Shown here: positions 29,348-38,658 of the stretch, piece by piece
Layout of the letters: each line of letters opens with the position of its first letter
Numbering within the stretch: position 1 is the stretch's first letter
Assembly (NCBI GenBank): GCA_030603385.1
Contig: JAUVXW010000009.1
Coordinates: 62,958-126,957 of the forward strand
Source: Promethearchaeota archaeon
GTDB lineage: Archaea > Asgardarchaeota > Lokiarchaeia > Sigyniarchaeales > SOKP01
Reading direction: 5' to 3'
Length of the DNA: 64,000 nucleotides
Translations under genes and position numbers: made by a program
Notes under the pieces: model-generated
The model's database searches: none
What the model was told of the DNA's origin: nothing
What the model saw: only the letters and a program-made list of their open reading frames with translations

Positions 29348-29606
29348 AATTAGAAAAGCTAAAAAATCAATGGAAATTCGAGAAGAGTTTAAAGATATAC
29401 CTGGATTAAAAAAGAAACTTAAAGATCTTAAAGAGAATGGCAAAAAAATAGATGAAGAACTTGGAAAACCTATAAAATCTGACTGGGATAAAATTCACGA
29501 GACTTCTGATTATAAGAGATATATTTATCGAGTATTTGAAGGAAAGACTTTTAGAGGCTCAAATGCTGAATTAGATGAGTGGATCAAAACAAAATTTAAT
29601 AGATAA
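29328..29606 (+). CDS. Hypothetical protein
   Basis: 92 aa with SD GGAGG. Confidence 0.6.
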   Translation: MSSLTDKIRKAKKSMEIREEFKDIPGLKKKLKDLKENGKKIDEELGKPIKSDWDKIHETSDYKRYIYRVFEGKTFRGSNAELDEWIKTKFNR

Positions 29607-29700
29607 AATATTTTTTTTTCTCTAAATATCGATATTTTTAAGAGGTTATGGCTTAATTTCAACTTTTTTGAATATTTTTATATATCCAAATAAGAACAAT

Positions 29701-30052
29701 TCAAATTTCGAGATATAACAATAGAGTTTATTGATGTTTGAAATAAATTCTAATTAGAAATTTATTTTTTTGATCCAAAATCCTTATTTTGTTCGATCTT
29801 AATTATCAAATTTTTCTAAAAAACAGTGTTTTTGGCATTCTTCCAATGTCTACTCTATTTAGAATACATAATTTTATTATGTTAATTTAAAAGAGTAGAC
29901 GGTATGTAATCGAATATATGATCCAATATAGATCTTTTGAATATGATATCGAATGAAATTAATGAAATTAAGTATAATATTATCTAAATTATCATTTTAA
30001 TATATTTAGATGTAGTTCTATATCATAATCAAATTTCGAGAAATAACAATAG
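29701..30052 (+). repeat. Direct repeat pair TCAAATTTCGAGAWATAACAATAG (29701-29724, 30029-30052) flanking inverted repeat GTCTACTCT/AGAGTAGAC (29848-29900)
   Basis: 23/24 identical direct repeat; 9-bp perfect IR with 35-nt spacer. Confidence 0.75.
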
Positions 30053-30349
30053 TTTTAATCGATTTTTGAATTTTCTAATCCAATATTCAAAAAATAAATT
30101 TTCCATCGATCCTTTGGAGCAAATATAGGGTTATTTCTAAATTTAAATGAATTTTCTAATTGAAAATTTATTTTATTGTAAATATATTTGATGATTTTTA
30201 ATTTTCTGTTTGTAAATCAACTCAAAATGCACATGAACACAATAAATTTATATATGAACATTGTAATCTATTTATTAATTAAAAATTTATTTAAAATGAT
30301 TAAGAATATTTATCGAGAATCGATTGTAAATAAGGAGGTATAGAGTAAA

Positions 30350-30622
30350 ATGGAAGAAATAGATTATACATTGGTGGCAGAAGTTTCTAAAGCTTTTGCT
30401 GGAATAATTAATAAGAAAGTTATGGTTTCAAAAACATCTGAAGCTATAAAATATCTAAGAACCATCAAACAAGCAATTGTAAAAGGATGTAAAAGATCTG
30501 ATTTCTTTTCTACATTTGGGCAAATTCTAAATTTAGTCCAATCTACAGTAGAAACGTGGTTAGATTGTTTACAACCAAGATATGTTGGGACATATAAGGG
30601 AACATGGAGTCCTTATAATTAA
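30350..30622 (+). CDS. Hypothetical protein
   Basis: Strong SD AGGAGGT. Confidence 0.65.
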   Translation: MEEIDYTLVAEVSKAFAGIINKKVMVSKTSEAIKYLRTIKQAIVKGCKRSDFFSTFGQILNLVQSTVETWLDCLQPRYVGTYKGTWSPYN

Positions 30623-30680
30623 TTTCAAATTTAAAGAAAATGAATATTTTATCAAAAATTAAAATAGGAGGTATAGTAAA

Positions 30681-31217
30681 ATGACAAAAAAAGCAAAAGC
30701 AAAACAGGTAGTAGTAGAAAAGAAAGAGCAAATGATTGTAGACGATTTATCAATTGGAGATATAGTACCTGATTTACATGGTGTAGATGTAGAAATCACA
30801 GATGACTTAATTTCGGATATGAAAACTTTTGAATCTGAAGGAAAAACAAAAGCAATTTGGCGAAATAAAATCACTGGAATGTTTTTATTTTGGAGAATGA
30901 ATAAAGACAAGCCAAAGAAAGAGAAAAAGGTGAAGAAAGCTAAGCCAAAAGTCGTTGAAGAAGAAATCGAAGAAGAACTTGAAGACATTGAAGTTGAATA
31001 TGATGACGAAGAAGAAATCGATGAGATGGAAGAAATAGAAGAAGCAGTAGACGAAGTTAACAAATTAGATGAAGCAATAGAAATAGAAGCAGAAGAAGAA
31101 ATAGACGAATTAGAACTTATCGATGAAGCATATAAAGAGAAATTTAGTGTCCAAAAAGTTAATCGAAACGCAAAGAAATACAAAGCATTTGCTAAGAAGT
31201 ATAGAGAGTCAGAATAA
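30681..31217 (+). CDS. ETGK-like module protein with Lys-rich linker and highly acidic tail
   Basis: FESEGKTKAIWRNKITGMFLFW; E/D-rich C-terminal half; N-terminus resembles 39607-40020. Confidence 0.75.
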   Translation: MTKKAKAKQVVVEKKEQMIVDDLSIGDIVPDLHGVDVEITDDLISDMKTFESEGKTKAIWRNKITGMFLFWRMNKDKPKKEKKVKKAKPKVVEEEIEEELEDIEVEYDDEEEIDEMEEIEEAVDEVNKLDEAIEIEAEEEIDELELIDEAYKEKFSVQKVNRNAKKYKAFAKKYRESE

Positions 31218-31260
31218 ATTTTAAATTTTTTTTCTCTATTCATGAAATAAATAAAATCTA

Positions 31261-31329
31261 TAATCCAATTATTATTTCTAATGATTCTAATGAACACTAC
31301 ATATATTTAAAACACCAATATATTTAAAT
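31261..31329 (+). promoter_or_regulatory. Duplicated promoter-like module, copy 1
   Basis: 18-bp identical core TCTAATGAACACTACATA shared with 34325-34342, followed by a TTTAAA TATA-like box. Confidence 0.6.
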
Positions 31330-31372
31330 TTTAGAAATTTATATTAATATTAATAATCAAAATTTAATTTGA

Positions 31373-31615
31373 GTGGTGTATATTAATTATATGAAGGGTT
31401 TAGAACATAAGATTCAAATTTTAGATAAATTGATCAATTTTAACACGAATTTGATGACGAATTCTAATTGTGACGGTGTTAAAAAATCTTACGAGACATT
31501 TATCCAATTATTGTTAAATCAGAAAATAAAAATCCAACAAACAATTGATGATTTTAAATCCAAAAAAGAATTTGAACAAGAAAGTAAAAAATTATTAAAG
31601 AACATATCACGGTAA
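31373..31615 (+). CDS. Hypothetical protein
   Basis: 80 aa. Confidence 0.55.
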   Translation: MVYINYMKGLEHKIQILDKLINFNTNLMTNSNCDGVKKSYETFIQLLLNQKIKIQQTIDDFKSKKEFEQESKKLLKNISR

Positions 31616-31657
31616 AGAATTTTAATTCTTTATAAAACAAAAAAGAAAAGAGGAAAA

Positions 31658-32962
31658 ATGAAAAGATTTAATCATAAATGTGTGCGATATGATCGAAACG
31701 ATCTTCGCAAATTTTTAAAAGTTTCATTTGCCCTTCTAATATTATTTATTGCTTCCATTCCATTGTCCACATTTGTTGATGCTAAAGACAAGGATAAAAA
31801 ACCTAAAAAACCTAAGGATAAATCTGCGATATTTAATCTATCATATCTCAATCCAGATGCACAATTCACATCAATTGATTATTCAGGTATCGAATATTAC
31901 CTGAATGGTGAACTATTATATGTTACCAATAGTTTAGGACTCATTGAAATAGATATTAATAAACTTGGAGAACAAAATTTTACAATGATTTTCGGTGGAG
32001 TACGTTATGAATTTATTTTTAACGAATCTATTACAGAATCCATTATCCTTAACACAAAATCCATAGATGCATTAGCAATGTGGGATGAAATATTCATGTC
32101 TATAGTTAATAGTACAAATGATTTTAACTTAAATCTACTATACTTTGATGGTACAAGCTGGGTTACGATTGAGACGTTTACTGCCGTTGAAAGTGGGATG
32201 GTTCAATTCAACAATTTAATTATGGGCGAATATGCATTAAGTTCTGGTATTAAAGATACTTCGATTACATTTACAATTGGACAAGATATGATTAATTACA
32301 CCGATACCATGATTGTAGTTCCAGACAAAACAGAAATTTCAATAACATACTTTGATTCTATATTTGGAACTGACTATCCAGTTGATTTATCTACTATAAA
32401 CTATATATTAGAAATTTGGTCTAATACCGCAAATGATTACATAACTATTCCTGAGAATTACTATGTCGCAGTTAAAGATGATGTTTTAGGTATGATAGTA
32501 ATCTATGAATTGCTTCAATCTGGTAATGAATATAGAATTTGTATTGGCAATGCTTGGAATGAAAATTATGAGTTTAATGAAGATGTATTAACGGAAATTG
32601 GATTAACAGCCAAATCATTAGTAGCTGAATTCTTATGGAGTTTCGAATCAGAACCAGTTAATGGAACGAACTTTGAATTATTCTATTATGACGGTACTGA
32701 CTATATTTCTGCTGGTATATACACAACTGATATAAATGGTAAAATTATCATAACAGAATTATTACCAATGGGAACCTATAAATTCGATGATTACGCAACT
32801 TTTGATATTGTAGCTGATGATGTCGTAAAGACAGTGGGTTACACTGTTGAATCCATATTAGGAGGTTTTAGAACACCTGCTTGGATTTCATTTGGAAGCG
32901 TGAAGTCTAAGCTTTTTTCTTTTTTAACAATTAAAATAAATTTATATTATGAAGGTGAATGA
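31658..32962 (+). CDS. Secreted/anchored acidic beta-rich surface protein with internal repeat
   Basis: Signal/TM segment; LLYFDGTSWVTIETFT vs LFYYDGTDYISAGIYTT repeated domain. Confidence 0.75.
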   Translation: MKRFNHKCVRYDRNDLRKFLKVSFALLILFIASIPLSTFVDAKDKDKKPKKPKDKSAIFNLSYLNPDAQFTSIDYSGIEYYLNGELLYVTNSLGLIEIDINKLGEQNFTMIFGGVRYEFIFNESITESIILNTKSIDALAMWDEIFMSIVNSTNDFNLNLLYFDGTSWVTIETFTAVESGMVQFNNLIMGEYALSSGIKDTSITFTIGQDMINYTDTMIVVPDKTEISITYFDSIFGTDYPVDLSTINYILEIWSNTANDYITIPENYYVAVKDDVLGMIVIYELLQSGNEYRICIGNAWNENYEFNEDVLTEIGLTAKSLVAEFLWSFESEPVNGTNFELFYYDGTDYISAGIYTTDINGKIIITELLPMGTYKFDDYATFDIVADDVVKTVGYTVESILGGFRTPAWISFGSVKSKLFSFLTIKINLYYEGE

Positions 32963-33264
32963 TAATAGAAAAAATGACTATGCAATTTATTAGTAGCATA
33001 TCGAGAGAAAATCAAATTTTTAAGGGCAGATCATATAAAATTGGAAGTTTTGTTAATGGAGAACCTGTAATTGAGCATAAAATTCCAATTCCAGATTCAG
33101 ATATTCTCTGTGATTGGTGCAATGCTAAAATACTAACAGAGAAAATAAAGGTAGTTGTTAATTTTGACATTTTAACAGGAAAATCAAGTATATCGTATGT
33201 TATTTGTGATAATTGTAAAGAAAACAAGTTTAATGATATAATCGAAATTAAGAGTGTAAAATAA
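32959..33264 (+). CDS. Zinc-finger hypothetical protein
   Basis: CDWC...ICDNC. Confidence 0.65.
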   Translation: MIIEKMTMQFISSISRENQIFKGRSYKIGSFVNGEPVIEHKIPIPDSDILCDWCNAKILTEKIKVVVNFDILTGKSSISYVICDNCKENKFNDIIEIKSVK

Positions 33265-33292
33265 AAAAAATCATGCTAAACCTTAAATCATG

Positions 33293-33399
33293 TGAGCTGT
33301 TGGTATACCTGGATTTTAAGAGTATTCAATTCGATTATTCTGATCAATGTCTTTTGGATTTCACCCTCAAACTCTTTCTAATCAATTGCCAACAGCTCA
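33293..33399. other. Long hairpin closed by an 11-bp perfect inverted repeat (candidate ncRNA or MITE)
   Basis: TGAGCTGTTGG (33293-33303) / CCAACAGCTCA (33389-33399); inner AAGAGT/ACTCTT. Confidence 0.5.
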
Positions 33400-33709
33400 A
33401 TTTATTCAATTTATTTATGGAGTGAGGGAAAATGACAATAAACAAATTTCTTAGGGGTTTAATAAAAGAGATGAGTGAATTTATAGATGGTGAGAATCCT
33501 AAGAATTTAAGAGTTTTCAAATTTGATAAAGATGGTAAGCAAATAGAAGTAATAAATGAATTAGAATTATGGAGGTGAGAGAAGTTGTTTGATATAAAAT
33601 TTATTACAATTAAAATAATGAAAATATTGAAGAAACAAAAGTTTCTCAGACATTTAGGTCCATTACAAATAGAAACGTTAGAAGAAGATGTTTTCGAATT
33701 GTTAGAAGA

Positions 33710-33907
33710 ATGGGAAAAAGTAACGAAGGAGGATTAAAAATGTCTGATAAATTTATGAAAATGTTGTTAATGATCTTACTTATTGGTTTTATAGCAATGT
33801 CATTATCGTATATTTTTATTGTAAACCAGATTTTAATCGATATGAGAAATGAAGTAAACGAACTTATAGAAATCGTAAATGGTACAATTGGAGCTAATTT
33901 AAAATGA
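33710..33907 (+). CDS. Small single-TM protein (likely start at MSDKF)
   Basis: One TM; SD GGAGG before the internal ATG. Confidence 0.6.
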   Translation: MGKSNEGGLKMSDKFMKMLLMILLIGFIAMSLSYIFIVNQILIDMRNEVNELIEIVNGTIGANLK

Positions 33908-34070
33908 AGGAATATGAGAGTTTAATGCATAAGGTATATGAGAATCACCAAAAAATAGAATTATATACTTTAAACAATAATACATATAGCAAAACTATGA
34001 TTAATAGATTGAAAATAGAAAATACCAAGCTAAAAGACAAATTAAGTGAATTAAAGAGGGATAATAAAAA

Positions 34071-34292
34071 ATGAATAGAGATCAATTTAATATTTTAGTT
34101 AATGCAGGAATTATAAATGCTAAGGATGAGAAAAAACCAAAAGGAAAGCCTAAACTTACAATAGGAGATATAATGATAAAACTCGAGTTCTTTAATAGAC
34201 ATGGTATTATCAAAGCTTTAAACATCCAAGATAGTGGTATTAATGCTTGTAAAGAATATACTCATATTTCTTTTAAAATACCAAAAGAATGA
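34071..34292 (+). CDS. Hypothetical protein
   Basis: 73 aa. Confidence 0.55.
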   Translation: MNRDQFNILVNAGIINAKDEKKPKGKPKLTIGDIMIKLEFFNRHGIIKALNIQDSGINACKEYTHISFKIPKE

Positions 34293-34299
34293 TAATCCC

Positions 34300-34366
34300 T
34301 AATCCATTTTATCATTTAATTAAGTCTAATGAACACTACATACATCTAAAATCCAAATATTTAAAT
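34300..34366 (+). promoter_or_regulatory. Duplicated promoter-like module, copy 2
   Basis: Matches 31261-31329; upstream of an RHH gene. Confidence 0.6.
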
Positions 34367-34423
34367 ATTTTTCAAAATATATTAATTATATTAATTAAAT
34401 TAATTTTTATATGAATAAGACTT

Positions 34424-34588
34424 ATGACAAATATTATAACGATAACGATGGATGATGAGATAATCAAGAATCTCGATAAGATAAGAGAATCATCAAATAT
34501 ATCACGTAGCAAATTAATCCGAAGCATTTTGACTAATTTCTGTAATGATAACGAATTAATTAAAAAGGTGTTAAAAGAAATTGAGTAA
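34424..34588 (+). CDS. CopG/RHH regulator, 54 aa (not in ORF track)
   Basis: MTNIITITMDDEIIKNLDKIRESSNISRSKLIRSIL. Confidence 0.8.
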   Translation: MTNIITITMDDEIIKNLDKIRESSNISRSKLIRSILTNFCNDNELIKKVLKEIE

Positions 34589-34598
34589 AAATAGAAAA

Positions 34599-34754
34599 AT
34601 GGAAAAAATATTTAAGGTTTATGTTTGGAAATGTTCTAATTGTAATAAACAAGTTGGATATAATGAGTTAATACATGGTGAATGTCCTTTTTGTAAAAGT
34701 AGAGAAATTGTGAGTGTGCCAGAATTCCTGAGCACCAATAAAAACAAAATTTAA
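34599..34754 (+). CDS. 51-aa zinc-ribbon protein (not in ORF track)
   Basis: WKCSNC...ECPFCKS. Confidence 0.6.
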   Translation: MEKIFKVYVWKCSNCNKQVGYNELIHGECPFCKSREIVSVPEFLSTNKNKI

Positions 34755-34772
34755 ATAAAAAAGGTTTAAAAT

Positions 34773-36785
34773 ATGAGTGAAAATGATATATTTAGAGAGA
34801 AAAAACGAATTGGAGCAATAATACTTTCTATATTATTTGTAACAGCGGGGATAACAGCGGTAATATTTGGAATATCATTTATACGAACAGATGATAAATA
34901 TAATGACATATCTGGTGATTACGATGATTTATATGGCGAATATGAGACATTATTAAATGATTTCAATGAACTTGAAGATGACTATTCTATTTTAACAGGA
35001 GAACATGTTGAATTGGAAAACGATTATAATGCTTTAGTAATTGAATTGGCAGATATGACTGCTGAATTGGAGGCTTTAGATAATAATTTAGTTGCTATGA
35101 CCGCCGAAAGAGATGATTTATTAGATCAAGTAGATACTCTCAATGCTGAGATAACTAACCATTTAAACACTATTACTGGATTAAATAACCAAATATATAT
35201 TTTAGAAGCTGAGATAGATGTTCTTGAAGCACAAGCTGTAGTAGATGAACAAGCTATTGCTGATTTAAATGCTCAGATTGTTGATTTAAATGATGAGATA
35301 GCTGGTTATTTGTCTACTATTGCTGGATTACAAGCTACAATTGATGCAAATGTAATTACTATTAGTGGATTAGAAGCTGACTTAGCTAATATGACTACTT
35401 TAAGAGATAACTTACAAATTGATTTAGACGCACTTCAATTACAATACGATACTCTTGTTAGTGATAATATTTTACTTCAAGCAGAATACGATGCCCTTTT
35501 TAGTGCTTATAATACACTTATCGATTCTAATAATGCACTTCAAATTGCTTTTGATAGTCTAACAATTGATTACAATAATTTACAATCTACTTTTGATATG
35601 CTTCAAAGTTCTTATGATGCCCTTCAAATTGAATATGATAATCTCGAAGCTAATTATAATTCTCTTTCAGGTGATTACGATGATCTTTTAGTTAATTTTA
35701 ATACACTCCAAGTAACTTATGCTACCCTACTAAATGATTTCAATGTATTATTAAATGACTATGATATCCTTTCAAATGACCATATTGCTTTACAGAATGC
35801 TTTTGATACACTTCAAAATAATTTTGATTTACTTCAATCGAATTATGACGTTCTATTTAGTGACTATAATACACTGTCAGGATTATACGATGTACTTCAA
35901 AATGAATACGATATTCTTTCGAATACTTTTGATGCTCTAACAATGGCTTATGGATATATTACTGAAACTATAAGACAATCGATACTTCCAGTTCAATTTA
36001 GTATTTTTGCCGAAGCTGTTAGAAGATACTATACGCCAATTTATTTAGGAGGAAAAACAGGAAAAGATTATTGGTTAGGATATGCTGAATTTTGCCGAGA
36101 TATGGTATTACACGATACTTATCAATACAATGCCTTTACTGAAGTATCTGATGCTTTTTCTGATGCTTTAAAATTTGGAAGTGATACAATGTATTTAGCG
36201 TATGAAGCAATGTGGCTTAATTGGCAGTGGATGCCAAATTGGGAAGGTTGGAACTTAATTGGCGATGAACTTGTTGATATTGATACTTTAGTTGATTGGA
36301 CTATTAATGAGATTATTTGGGAATATGATTCTATTGTGACTGTTCTCCAAGAATCTCCAACTGATGATTACATTAAATTTCCTGTAGAAACAGCTTTTAG
36401 AGGAGCAGGAGACTGGGAAGACCAAGCAATATTTATGGCTGCTTACTTAGAATCCTGTGGATTTGAAACAACGATAGTAGTTCTTCATAGTTCAGAACCT
36501 GGTGACACAATGAATGGATTTTATAATTGTGTTCCTTTAGTACATATAGAAGATATTGTTGCTTTTGAGTTAGCATTTCCAGATTGTACTTTATGGAGTT
36601 TAGATGATGAATTTAGAACAGTAATAGATCCGTATTCAGGAGAAACATGGTGTTGGATTGGTACCGACTTAGACGTGTCTTTTGGTTCTGAACCATCTTG
36701 GCTTCAATTCTGGGATGACTATGGTTTTCTTCCAATTTCGGCTGGAACGTTTGCTCTCTGTGATATATATGGTGGTATTAGTTAA
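34773..36785 (+). CDS. Membrane-anchored long coiled-coil protein with degenerate transglutaminase-like head
   Basis: N-terminal TM, ~350 aa of heptads, then DYIKFPVET...GAGDWEDQAI...LES-x-GF. Confidence 0.8.
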   Translation: MSENDIFREKKRIGAIILSILFVTAGITAVIFGISFIRTDDKYNDISGDYDDLYGEYETLLNDFNELEDDYSILTGEHVELENDYNALVIELADMTAELEALDNNLVAMTAERDDLLDQVDTLNAEITNHLNTITGLNNQIYILEAEIDVLEAQAVVDEQAIADLNAQIVDLNDEIAGYLSTIAGLQATIDANVITISGLEADLANMTTLRDNLQIDLDALQLQYDTLVSDNILLQAEYDALFSAYNTLIDSNNALQIAFDSLTIDYNNLQSTFDMLQSSYDALQIEYDNLEANYNSLSGDYDDLLVNFNTLQVTYATLLNDFNVLLNDYDILSNDHIALQNAFDTLQNNFDLLQSNYDVLFSDYNTLSGLYDVLQNEYDILSNTFDALTMAYGYITETIRQSILPVQFSIFAEAVRRYYTPIYLGGKTGKDYWLGYAEFCRDMVLHDTYQYNAFTEVSDAFSDALKFGSDTMYLAYEAMWLNWQWMPNWEGWNLIGDELVDIDTLVDWTINEIIWEYDSIVTVLQESPTDDYIKFPVETAFRGAGDWEDQAIFMAAYLESCGFETTIVVLHSSEPGDTMNGFYNCVPLVHIEDIVAFELAFPDCTLWSLDDEFRTVIDPYSGETWCWIGTDLDVSFGSEPSWLQFWDDYGFLPISAGTFALCDIYGGIS

Positions 36786-36869
36786 AATTTAGGTGTAATT
36801 TATATTATGCCAACCTAATTAATTTTTTTTTTTGTAAAAATAGTCAAATTATTAAAATGTGGAATAAAA

Positions 36870-37133
36870 ATGTCCAAAACTGAAAAATTACAAAGAAATC
36901 CAATGTCATTAAAAGAACATATAATAGAAGTTTATTATGGAATTAAGTTAAAAATAGGTCATGCAAGTTTTAATAAATTTATGACCAAACAATTTAATTG
37001 GATTGTTGTTCAAGACTGCCAAGTTGAAGGCTGTAAAAATAAAGCCATAGGTTATAGTGGAACAAAGGAAGATGGCTCTAAATTCCTTCTTTGCCATAAA
37101 CATTGGTGTGAAATAGTATATAATGATGATTAA
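36870..37133 (+). CDS. Small zinc-finger protein
   Basis: CQVEGC...LCHKH. Confidence 0.6.
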   Translation: MSKTEKLQRNPMSLKEHIIEVYYGIKLKIGHASFNKFMTKQFNWIVVQDCQVEGCKNKAIGYSGTKEDGSKFLLCHKHWCEIVYNDD

Positions 37134-37135
37134 AA

Positions 37136-37327
37136 ATGAGAAAAAAAAGAATACAAAAAAAATTAGACAATTTATCTGAAAAAGAGAAATTGGTTGTTAA
37201 ATATTTTAGAGATTTCGCTAAAGAAAGAAAAGCATATCCAAGTGATATAGCTGAGTATTATGATTGGAAATTTTTAGAAACTCTTCAAATTTGTCAAAAT
37301 TTAGAAACGAAAGGGATATTATATTGA
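37136..37327 (+). CDS. Small winged-HTH protein
   Basis: YPSDIAEYYDW...ICQNLETKGIL. Confidence 0.65.
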   Translation: MRKKRIQKKLDNLSEKEKLVVKYFRDFAKERKAYPSDIAEYYDWKFLETLQICQNLETKGILY

Positions 37328-37343
37328 GGATGGTTAGTTAAAA

Positions 37344-37559
37344 ATGTACATTGAATATCAAGAGAAAATTGTATCAGAAGACGATACAATCCAAAAATTA
37401 GCTGTAATTCTTGGAAAATTAGAAATGAAAGCAATAATTAAACTTGTTGATGAAATAGAATTATCAAAAATTTTAGAGAAATATTTGTCGAAGAAAGAGC
37501 AAGATATTTATCACAGGAGCAAATATAAATTAAAAGAATTACTGATAAAAGAGGTGTAA
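37344..37559 (+). CDS. Hypothetical protein
   Basis: 71 aa. Confidence 0.55.
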   Translation: MYIEYQEKIVSEDDTIQKLAVILGKLEMKAIIKLVDEIELSKILEKYLSKKEQDIYHRSKYKLKELLIKEV

Positions 37560-37682
37560 AATGATAACCTTTTTTACTTAGTTGTCCAATTAATTAATTG
37601 TCAAAAATTTTTGGATTAATTTTATTCATTTCGAATAAGAAAAGCAAACAAAAAATAAATTTGATAAAAGGAGGTTAAAGAA

Positions 37683-38171
37683 ATGAAACGTAAATATATC
37701 TTAGGAATTTTGTTGATTTTATCAATGAGCTTTTTTGTTATACCCACTAAGGCTTACGAGGATACTGAATATTTGATTTTTGGGAGTGAATATTATGGAT
37801 TTGCTGATTACGGGGTAGAAATGAACGAAGGAGATAATTTAACTTGGAGTTTTGAAACGAGGCTGGAAGAGTTCGAAGTTTTAGTTAAAATAGGTGGTGA
37901 AGATGTTTCTGAGGGATTAGAATTCGATTCGGGAATTTGGATCGCACCCAGAACAGATACATTTTGGATTATTTTCATTAACTACGATTATCTATTACGA
38001 AGAGACGGTTATATTGATATTTATTTTGAAGTTAACGTAGAACCCGAACCAGAGCCAGAGCCTGAACCAGAAGACGATGATATTATTGGAATTGATTTAA
38101 TTCCCTTAATAACGATAATCAGCTTAGCAACAATAATTCCATTGATAATAATAACAAGAAAAAAGAAATAA
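37683..38171 (+). CDS. Secreted beta-sandwich (GOLD/emp24-like) protein with EP linker and C-terminal TM anchor
   Basis: Signal peptide, DTFWIIFINYD, (EP)n, TM+RKKK. Confidence 0.7.
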   Translation: MKRKYILGILLILSMSFFVIPTKAYEDTEYLIFGSEYYGFADYGVEMNEGDNLTWSFETRLEEFEVLVKIGGEDVSEGLEFDSGIWIAPRTDTFWIIFINYDYLLRRDGYIDIYFEVNVEPEPEPEPEPEDDDIIGIDLIPLITIISLATIIPLIIITRKKK

Positions 38172-38249
38172 AATCAAAATTAATTAGTTTTTTTATTGTA
38201 AGTGTGCTCTGGTATCCAGAACACCAATTAAAAATGAATAAAAGGTAGA

Positions 38250-38438
38250 ATGTCAGATTATACAAAAAGAAAAACACAAGACATTAGAAAATATAATATA
38301 ATTGGAAAGATATGCCATGAGCTTGACCATTTATATGATTATGCTTTAAAATTAATTCCAAAAAATATGACTCATGATTTAGGCTATAAAAAAGAGCTTT
38401 TGAAAGGAATAATAGAGGAGTTAATATTACAATTATAA
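38250..38438 (+). CDS. Hypothetical protein
   Basis: 62 aa. Confidence 0.5.
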   Translation: MSDYTKRKTQDIRKYNIIGKICHELDHLYDYALKLIPKNMTHDLGYKKELLKGIIEELILQL

Positions 38439-38624
38439 ATAAGGAGGTTAACGATAACGATTGAAGCCTGTTTAAAGTGCAGAATCATTCAAAAGAATAT
38501 TCAAGAAAACGAAATCAAGGAAGAGATTAAAGCTTTTTTAGAAGCACCAGAGAACTTTTATGTTAAATATAATCCGCAAACAGGATTCTACAAATTTGAG
38601 TTGATTATTTAAGCAATTCTAAAA

Positions 38625-38658
38625 TAAATTTATTTTAAATTACAGAATAAGGAGGTGA
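38625..38658 (+). repeat. Gene-junction repeat copy G
   Basis: TAAATTTATTTTAAATTACAGAATAAGGAGGTGA. Confidence 0.65.

Noticed and set aside
29328-29606. Possible ninth ETGK module (VFEGKTFRGSNAELDEW)
   Set aside because: Spacing and the F-x-x-W end do not fit well enough by eye.
30543-31297. Minus-strand ORFs 30543-30731 and 30659-31297
   Set aside because: Ser-rich antisense reading of the Glu-rich gene 30681-31217.
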